Positions 42,661 to 48,048 of a stretch of DNA of 48,048 bases are shown in pieces; positions within the stretch are counted from its first letter, which is position 1, and every line of letters begins with the position of its first letter. Origin of the DNA: an uncultured Anaerolineales bacterium (GTDB lineage Bacteria > Chloroflexota > Anaerolineae > Epilineales > JAHCIE01); NCBI GenBank assembly GCA_964557745.1, contig CAZLBQ010000002.1, forward strand, positions 1-48,048. The letters run 5' to 3'. A program made the position numbers and the translations under genes. The notes under the pieces were generated by a model, which saw only the letters and a program-made list of their open reading frames with translations, ran no database searches and had not been told where the DNA came from.

Positions 42661-42968
42661 TGACCGAGCAGCAGCCGCAGTCGCGCCGCCGCCGCATGGT
42701 GGGCCGTGTGACGAGCAATAAGATGGACAAGACGGCGGTCGTCGCTGTCGAGACAATCAAGCAGCATCCCTTGTACCGCAAGACCATCCGCACCACGAAG
42801 AAGTACAAGGCGCATGACGAGAACAACCAGGCTCAGATTGGCGACGTCGTCCGCATCGAGGAGTCGCGCCCGCTGAGCCACGAGAAGCGCTGGGTCATTA
42901 TCGAGTGGCTGCGGCGCGGCACCGGCGCGGTGGAAGAAGTCGCCGAAGTCGTCGTGCCCGAGGAGTAA
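42660..42968 (+). CDS. rpsQ: 30S ribosomal protein S17
   Basis: GRV.SNKMDKT.VV.VE....HPLY+K.++.+KKY.AHDE.N....GD.V.I.E.RPLS..KRW. The ATG at 42660 overlaps the rpmC TAA by 1 nt. Confidence 0.96.
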   Translation: MTEQQPQSRRRRMVGRVTSNKMDKTAVVAVETIKQHPLYRKTIRTTKKYKAHDENNQAQIGDVVRIEESRPLSHEKRWVIIEWLRRGTGAVEEVAEVVVPEE

Positions 42969-42971
42969 GCC

Positions 42972-43340
42972 ATGATCCAGGAATATACCCGCCTGAAAGT
43001 GGCGGACAACACGGGCGCGAAAGAGCTGATGTGTGTCAAGGTGCTGGGTGGCTCCAAGCGGCGCTACGCCGGCATCGGCGACATCATCATCTGCTCGGTC
43101 AAGCAGGCGGCGCCGCAAGGCTCGGTCAAGAAGGGTGACGTGGTGCGCGCTGTCGTCGTCCGCACCGCGAAGGAGTACGGCCGGGCGGACGGGACGTACA
43201 TTCGGTTCGACGAGAACGCGGCTGTCATTCTGGACAACGAGCGTAACCCCAGAGGAACGCGTATCTTCGGCCCCGTCGCGCGCGAACTGCGCGAGAAGGG
43301 CTTCATGAAGATCGTCTCCCTCGCGCCGGAGACCCTCTAG
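42972..43340 (+). CDS. rplN: 50S ribosomal protein L14
   Basis: [53 protein letters not shown]+VRT. Confidence 0.99.
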   Translation: MIQEYTRLKVADNTGAKELMCVKVLGGSKRRYAGIGDIIICSVKQAAPQGSVKKGDVVRAVVVRTAKEYGRADGTYIRFDENAAVILDNERNPRGTRIFGPVARELREKGFMKIVSLAPETL

Positions 43341-43524
43341 CGCGAAGGAGTGGGGGCAATCGGGTGATTGCCCAGGCGAGCCGTAGGGGCATCAGCCTAC
43401 GGTCGGAGGTTAACAGCGGCATAGTGACACAGTGGTCGAGCGGCCAGCGCCGCCCGATGGGGCGACGCGAGCCGCCGGGTGGCCGACGCCGTGGAGGCGT
43501 CGGAACGCCGGAAGCTGGGCGGGC

Positions 43525-43612
43525 GGCAAGTGTCAAGTGTCAAGTAGCAAGTTTCAAGTAGGAAATCCGAGAGGCCGAACTTGAAACTTGAGACTTGAAA
43601 CTTGTCAGTTGG
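43525..43612. repeat. heptanucleotide-repeat hairpin, CAAGT/ACTTG family (copy C)
   Basis: CAAGT at 43527, 43534, 43541, 43548, 43555. ACTTG at 43579, 43586, 43593, 43600 (AGTTG at 43607). Same 12-bp stem CAAGTTTCAAGT/ACTTGAAACTTG as copies A and B. Confidence 0.9.
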
Positions 43613-43685
43613 GAGTTCGCCGCGTTGGACCCCTCTGTCACTGGGCCGCGCATGGTCTCCTGCGGGAGAAGAGTGAAGGTCAAAG

Positions 43686-44000
43686 ATGCAACGGATTAAG
43701 AAAGGCGACACCGTCGAAGTCATCAGCGGTGACGAGAAGGGTAAGCGGGGCGAGGTGCATGAGGTGATCACCAAGGACAACCGCGTGATTGTGTCCGGTG
43801 TGAACCTCGTCAAGAAGCACCAGCGCCGCACGGGCAACGTCCGCACCCAGGTGGGCATCATCGAGCGCGAAGGCCCGCTCCACCTGTCGAATGTCATGCT
43901 CGTGTGCAAGAGCTGTAACGAGGCGACCCGCGTCGGCTACCAGGGCGAGGGCCGTGACAAGGTCCGCATCTGCCGCAACTGCGGCGCGGCCATCGAGTAA
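43686..44000 (+). CDS. rplX: 50S ribosomal protein L24
   Basis: +IKKGD.V.VISG.EKGK+GEV..V......[10 protein letters not shown].+ ... KOW motif; 104 aa. Confidence 0.97.
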   Translation: MQRIKKGDTVEVISGDEKGKRGEVHEVITKDNRVIVSGVNLVKKHQRRTGNVRTQVGIIEREGPLHLSNVMLVCKSCNEATRVGYQGEGRDKVRICRNCGAAIE

Positions 44001-44011
44001 GGGGGACGGCG

Positions 44012-44548
44012 ATGACACTCAAGACCCGCTACAGCGAACAGATCGTGCCCCAACTCATCCAGGAGTTTGGCTACAAGAATATCATGCAGGCGCCGAAGGT
44101 GGAGAAGGTTGTGGTCAACATCGGCGCGGGCGAGGCGCTGCAGAACCCAAAGGCCCTCGATGCCGCCGTGCGCGACCTGACGACCATTGTCGGCCAGAAG
44201 CCTGTTATCACTCGGGCTAAGAAGTCCATCGCTACGTTCAAGGTGCGCGAGGGCAACCCTATTGGGGTCAAGGTCACGCTGCGCGGTCAGCGCATGTACG
44301 ACTTCCTCGAGCGCCTGATGCGCATTGCGCTGCCCCGCACCCGCGACTTCCGTGGCGTGCCGCGTGATGCCTTTGACGGGCGTGGCAACTACACGCTCGG
44401 CCTGCGCGAGCAGTTGATCTTCCCCGAGATCGACTACGACAAGATTGATAAAGTGCGTGGCATGGAGATCACCATCGTCACATCAGCTCAGACGGACCAG
44501 GAAGCGCGGCGGCTGTTGGCCCTGATGGGCATGCCGTTCCGGCAATAG
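44012..44548 (+). CDS. rplE: 50S ribosomal protein L5
   Basis: L...Y...+.P.L..EFGY.N.MQ.PK+EKVV+N.G.GEA ... RGMEI.IVT+A.TD.EAR.LL..+G.PF. Confidence 0.99.
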   Translation: MTLKTRYSEQIVPQLIQEFGYKNIMQAPKVEKVVVNIGAGEALQNPKALDAAVRDLTTIVGQKPVITRAKKSIATFKVREGNPIGVKVTLRGQRMYDFLERLMRIALPRTRDFRGVPRDAFDGRGNYTLGLREQLIFPEIDYDKIDKVRGMEITIVTSAQTDQEARRLLALMGMPFRQ

Positions 44549-44564
44549 AGAATGAGGTTGACAC

Positions 44565-44747
44565 ATGGCTAAGAAGTCAATGATCGCGCGTGAGACGCGC
44601 CGCAAGTATCCGACTCGGGTACGCAATCGCTGCCAGGTCTGTGGCCGCCCGCGCGGGTACATGCGTCGTTTCCACCTGTGCCGGATTTGCTTCCGCCAGC
44701 TCGCTCTGGAAGGCAAGATTCCAGGCGTGGTCAAGTCGAGCTGGTAA
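44565..44747 (+). CDS. rpsN: 30S ribosomal protein S14, zinc-binding type Z
   Basis: 60 aa. [10 protein letters not shown] ... [22 protein letters not shown] (CxxC...CxxC). Confidence 0.97.
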   Translation: MAKKSMIARETRRKYPTRVRNRCQVCGRPRGYMRRFHLCRICFRQLALEGKIPGVVKSSW

Positions 44748-44759
44748 GGAGGTGTTCTC

Positions 44760-45158
44760 ATGCAGATTTCTGATCCTATCGCTGACATGCTGACGCGTCT
44801 CCGCAACGGGACGATGGCCCGCCACGCCTTTGTGGTGATGCCCAGCTCGAAGATGAAGGAAGCCATCGCGGCGATCCTCAAGAGCGAGGGCTTTATCCAG
44901 GATTACGAAGTCCTGGCCGACGGCGTCAAGAAGACGCTGCGCGTTCAGCTCAAGTACACGCCGGAGCGCCAGCCCGTGCTGAGCGGCCTCAAGCGCGTCA
45001 GCCGCCCCGGTCGTCGGGTCTACTCTGGCCGTGACGAGATCCCTCTGGTGTTGAGCGGCATGGGCATCGCCATCGTGTCTACCCCGCGTGGGGTCATGAC
45101 GGGCAAGGATGCGCGCCGCCAGGGCGTGGGCGGTGAAGTCCTCGCCTTCGTGTGGTAA
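44760..45158 (+). CDS. rpsH: 30S ribosomal protein S8
   Basis: DPIADMLTR+RNG ... I..IL..EGFI.DYEV ... G+[12 protein letters not shown]...AR..GVGGEVL..VW. Confidence 0.99.
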   Translation: MQISDPIADMLTRLRNGTMARHAFVVMPSSKMKEAIAAILKSEGFIQDYEVLADGVKKTLRVQLKYTPERQPVLSGLKRVSRPGRRVYSGRDEIPLVLSGMGIAIVSTPRGVMTGKDARRQGVGGEVLAFVW

Positions 45159-45169
45159 GGAGTTTCGCC

Positions 45170-45718
45170 ATGTCCCGAGTTGGCAAGATGCCTATCCCCC
45201 TCCCCCAGGGGGTCACTGCGACCATCGATGGTCAGACGATTACCGTCAAGGGGCCGCGCGGGCAGCTTTCCCGCGTCGTGCATCCGGCCATCACCGTTGA
45301 GCAACAGGACGGCACGCTGAACGTCACGCGGCCGACCGACAACAAGCTGCACCGCTCGCTGCACGGCCTGACCCGCGCCCTGGTGGCGAACATGGTCACC
45401 GGCGTGTCGACGGGCTTCCAGCGCAACATGCAGATCGAGGGTGTGGGCTACCGCGCCGAGGTGCAGGGCCAGAACCTTGTCCTCAACGTCGGCTACTCTC
45501 ACCCCGTCCCCTTCGAGCCGCCCACGGGCATCAAGTTCTCGGTGGATAAGACCGGCCGCATTGTCACCATCGACGGCAACGATAAGGAAGTCGTCGGTGA
45601 GGTGGCGGCTAAGATCCGCCGCGTGCGCCCACCCGAGCCGTACAAGGGCAAGGGTATCATGTACCAGGGCGAGCGTATCCGCCGCAAGGCCGGTAAGGCC
45701 GGCAAGGCGAAGAAGTAG
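45170..45718 (+). CDS. rplF: 50S ribosomal protein L6
   Basis: MSRVGKMPIPLP.GV...IDGQTITVKGP+G.L. ATG at 45170 after TAAGGAG; the track start at 45152 overlaps rpsH. Confidence 0.98.
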   Translation: MSRVGKMPIPLPQGVTATIDGQTITVKGPRGQLSRVVHPAITVEQQDGTLNVTRPTDNKLHRSLHGLTRALVANMVTGVSTGFQRNMQIEGVGYRAEVQGQNLVLNVGYSHPVPFEPPTGIKFSVDKTGRIVTIDGNDKEVVGEVAAKIRRVRPPEPYKGKGIMYQGERIRRKAGKAGKAKK

Positions 45719-45782
45719 ATTGACGACCGACGACCGACGACCGCCCAATGGTTCGGTGGTCAGCGGTCGGTCGTCGGCGGTC
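45718..45782. repeat. heptanucleotide-repeat hairpin, GACCGAC/GGTCGTC word
   Basis: GATTGAC GACCGAC GACCGAC GACCGCC, loop, GGTGGTC AGCGGTC GGTCGTC GGCGGTC. The first unit starts on the G of the rplF TAG. Confidence 0.9.
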
Positions 45783-45842
45783 CTATCATGGCGTCCCGCG
45801 CACGTCGACCCAACGTGTCCGGTGGTGGCCTGAGGAGATAAG

Positions 45843-46211
45843 ATGGCTAAGACATCCGAGCGCCGGCTCTCGCGCCAGCGCCGTCACGAGCGCGTGCGCC
45901 GCAAGGTACAAGGCACCCCGGAGCGCCCGCGCCTGAATGTATATCGCAGCTTGACCCACATCTACGCCCAGGTGATCGACGACACGCGCGGCCACACCCT
46001 GGCCGCCGCCTCGACCCTCGACGGGTCGTTGAAGGCGCAGTTGGGTGAGATGAACAAGACCGAGGAAGCGAAGGCCGTCGGGCGGCTGGTTGCCGAGCGC
46101 GCCAAGGCGGCGGGGATTGATAAGGTGGTCTTTGACCGCGGTGGGTATGTGTATCACGGTCGCGTCAAGGCGCTGGCCGATGCCGCCCGCGAGGCCGGTC
46201 TGGACTTCTAA
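45843..46211 (+). CDS. rplR: 50S ribosomal protein L18
   Basis: RR..R+R.K+.GT.ERPRL.V+[18 protein letters not shown]+L ... [25 protein letters not shown]. Confidence 0.98.
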   Translation: MAKTSERRLSRQRRHERVRRKVQGTPERPRLNVYRSLTHIYAQVIDDTRGHTLAAASTLDGSLKAQLGEMNKTEEAKAVGRLVAERAKAAGIDKVVFDRGGYVYHGRVKALADAAREAGLDF

Positions 46212-46296
46212 CGCAATCCGTGACATAAGCGAGTCGGGCGGGGCGACGCGAGTCGCACGGCCGCCCGGCGTGAGCACACAGAAGGGTAACTCAGCT

Positions 46297-47073
46297 ATGG
46301 ATGAGATGACACGTAGACCGGCTGGCGGTTCCGGCGGTGGTCCGGCCGGCGGTGGCCGCGGTCGGAGCGGCGGTGGTGGCGGCGGCCAGGGTGGTCGTGG
46401 TCGCGGTCCAGGTGGCCCGGGCGGCGGTGGCCGTGGTCCGGGCGGGCCGGGCGGTGGTCGTGGCCCTGGTGGTCAGGGCGGTCCTGGCGGCCAGGGGGGC
46501 CGTGGTCCGCGCGGCCAGGGCGGCGATCGCGGGGATCGGCCGCGTGGCGACCGCCGCGAGCCGCAAGAGGAGCGCGAGCAGCTCGATGAGCGCGTGATCG
46601 ACATCGCCCGCACGGCGAAGGTCATCAAGGGCGGTCGGCGCTTCGCCTTCCGCGTGGTCGTGGTCGTCGGCGACAACCAGGGCCGCGTTGGCCTGGGCAT
46701 CGGCAAGGCGCGTGAAGTTCCCGAGGCGATCCGCAAGGGCATCGAGCGCGCCAAGAAGAACATGATCACCGTGCCGATGATGGGGACGACCATCCCCCAC
46801 GAGGTCACGACGCGCTACAGCGCCGCCAAGGTCATGCTCAAGCCCGCTACGCCGGGCACGGGCGTCATCGCGGGCGGCAGCGTCCGCGCCGTCGTCGAGG
46901 CCGTGGGCATCAAGGACATTCTGACCAAGTCCATGGGCAGCAGCAACGTGCTCAACGTCGTGCGCGCCACGATGCAGGGCCTGAGCGAGCTAAAGGACTA
47001 CAACGAAGAGGCGCGCCGGCGCGGTAAGACGCCGGCCCAGGTGCAGCCAGTGTGGAGCAAGACCAATGGCTAA
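46297..47073 (+). CDS. rpsE: 30S ribosomal protein S5 with long RGG-rich N-terminal extension
   Basis: Core [42 protein letters not shown]+KG... preceded in frame by about 90 residues of G/R/P repeats. I chose the ATG at 46297; the track ORF start at 46090 overlaps rplR. Confidence 0.9.
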   Translation: MDEMTRRPAGGSGGGPAGGGRGRSGGGGGGQGGRGRGPGGPGGGGRGPGGPGGGRGPGGQGGPGGQGGRGPRGQGGDRGDRPRGDRREPQEEREQLDERVIDIARTAKVIKGGRRFAFRVVVVVGDNQGRVGLGIGKAREVPEAIRKGIERAKKNMITVPMMGTTIPHEVTTRYSAAKVMLKPATPGTGVIAGGSVRAVVEAVGIKDILTKSMGSSNVLNVVRATMQGLSELKDYNEEARRRGKTPAQVQPVWSKTNG

Positions 47074-47308
47074 GTATCTTCGCGTGACGTATGTCAAGAG
47101 CGCCATTGGCAACCTCCAGCGCCACAAGGACACCATCCGGGCGCTGGGCCTGCGCAAGCTGGGCCGCACCGTCGAGGTGGCTGATACCCCCAGCATGCGG
47201 GGTATGGTCAACTCCGTCATCCATCTGGTCAAGGTCGAGGAAGTGGAGCGGGCGGACGCGCCGTCAGCGGCCAATGGCCAGACTCCCGCGCCAGGAGGGC
47301 CGCAATGA
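47066..47308 (+). CDS. rpmD: 50S ribosomal protein L30 (with about 20-aa C-terminal tail)
   Basis: L+VTYVKSAIG....+.TI+[28 protein letters not shown]. Confidence 0.95.
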   Translation: MAKYLRVTYVKSAIGNLQRHKDTIRALGLRKLGRTVEVADTPSMRGMVNSVIHLVKVEEVERADAPSAANGQTPAPGGPQ

Positions 47309-47769
47309 AACTCAATGATCTGGCTCCCAACCCAGGGGCTACTAAGGCGCGCAAGCGCAAGGGACGCGGTACAGGCAGCGGCAACGGGACGTATGCCGGC
47401 CGCGGCCGCAAGGGACAAGGCTCGCGCTCGGGCGGCGTGAAGGGGCCATACTTCGAGGGCGGTCAGCTGCCCCTCGTACGGCGGCTGCCCCACAAGCGTG
47501 GCTTCGTCAACATCTTCCGTCAGGAGTACGCCGAGGTGAACCTGGACCGGCTCGCCGAGACGTTCGAGGCGGGGGCTGAGGTGACGCCCGAGGTTCTGGT
47601 CGCCAACGGCCTGATCCGCAACATGAAGAACCCCGTCAAGGTGCTGGGTCGCGGCGAGTTGGACAAGCCGCTGACCATTCGCGCCCATCGCTTCTCCGCC
47701 AGCGCCAAGGCTAAGATCGAGGCCGCGGGCGGGAAGGCTGAGGAACTGGCAGCCGCGGCTGCGGAGTAA
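47305..47769 (+). CDS. rplO: 50S ribosomal protein L15
   Basis: MKLNDL.P.PGA.K.RKR.GRG.GSG.G.T.GRG.KGQ.SRSGG....FEGGQ.PL.RRLPK+GF. Confidence 0.98.
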   Translation: MKLNDLAPNPGATKARKRKGRGTGSGNGTYAGRGRKGQGSRSGGVKGPYFEGGQLPLVRRLPHKRGFVNIFRQEYAEVNLDRLAETFEAGAEVTPEVLVANGLIRNMKNPVKVLGRGELDKPLTIRAHRFSASAKAKIEAAGGKAEELAAAAAE

Positions 47770-47789
47770 CGCCTGGAAAGGACTCTGTC

Positions 47790-48048
47790 ATGCTTGAAGC
47801 CGTGCAAAATGCCTTTAGGCTGCCGGACCTGCGACGGAAGATTCTCTTTACCTTCGCCATCCTCGTCATCTTCCGCCTTGCAGCCCACATCCCGGTGCCT
47901 GGCGTGAACCTGGAGGCGCTGCGGCAGCTCTTCGCCAACAACCAGCTCCTCGGCTTTCTGAACATCCTGTCGGGTGGCGCGTTGGAGAACTTCTCCGTCG
48001 TGGCGATGGGTGTCTATCCCTACATCACGGCCTCGATTATCATCCAGC
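47790..48048 (+). CDS. secY: preprotein translocase subunit SecY, N-terminal fragment (runs off window)
   Basis: My own translation from the ATG at 47790: [40 protein letters not shown]...[27 protein letters not shown]. Not in the ORF track because no stop codon is reached. Confidence 0.93.
   Translation, partial: MLEAVQNAFRLPDLRRKILFTFAILVIFRLAAHIPVPGVNLEALRQLFANNQLLGFLNILSGGALENFSVVAMGVYPYITASIIIQ

Noticed and set aside
43364-43561. 65-codon Arg-rich ORF (GTG start) in the rplN-rplX spacer, considered as a possible novel small basic ribosomal-type protein
   Set aside because: It has no SD. It uses codons rare in the surrounding highly expressed genes (AGG, CTA, ATA, CGA, GGA). Its sequence coincides with RNA stems, and its C-terminus is simply the CAAGT repeat read through to a TAG. 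It is more likely non-coding.

Overview
GC-rich bacterial chromosomal window with about 60 protein genes, two canonical tRNAs and one aberrant tRNA-like element. I see no transposase, integrase, CRISPR array or rRNA.

Left ~36 kb (both strands, housekeeping plus accessory genes):
- pdxH, a Uma2 nuclease and an acyl-CoA dehydrogenase
- pgpH-like 7TM-HD, then ybeY and dgkA
- yqeY, a HIT protein and an ArsA/Get3-like ATPase
- an ECF sigma factor with a putative anti-sigma factor
- galT-galK
- a tandem GNAT-like protein, an R3H/AAA ATPase, tmk and darA
- gmk, an unusually long priA (1060 aa) and yihY
- a minus-strand envelope-type cluster: DUF4013, a CelD/FemAB-like GNAT, an MshA-like GT4 and two tandem 347-aa polytopic paralogues
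- radA, PIN/TRAM, a cmk-like gene and cysS; then DUF1330, DUF2442, rluA-like, PRTase and rlmB

Right ~12 kb: a near-consensus promoter, tRNA-Thr, tRNA-Tyr, a tRNA-like element, tuf, the S10/spc ribosomal protein genes (rpsJ to rplO) and the start of secY.

Gene order (tmk-darA; radA-yacL...cysS...rlmB; pgpH-ybeY-dgkA) is the monoderm Firmicutes/Chloroflexota type. Combined with the high GC and the Uma2/DUF4013/ArsA-HSP20 content, I guess Chloroflexota, at low confidence (inference only).

The most unusual directly visible property is a set of at least 11 tracts of tandem heptanucleotide repeats.
- Eight are built as two inverted arms (hairpin-forming). Each locus uses its own 7-nt word, except one word (nnCAAGT/ACTTGnn) that recurs at three loci.
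- Seven of the eight hairpin elements lie between co-oriented genes (the eighth, 6932-7055, lies between convergent hit and yqeY), several of them between ribosomal protein genes. Four start at or within 1-2 nt of the upstream stop codon.
- One 18-unit tract (126 nt) is translated in frame inside priA.

Other points worth a second look:
- a tRNA-like element with a 5-nt anticodon loop just upstream of tuf
- a ~90-aa RGG-rich N-terminal extension on ribosomal protein S5
- a six-run G-quadruplex motif across the galT stop codon
- four tandem winged-helix-like modules inserted in PriA
- a TIR-bounded AT-rich intergenic element
- a recurring AGACC..GCAGGGTT palindrome

All family names come from my recognition of the translated motifs. 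No database search was run.
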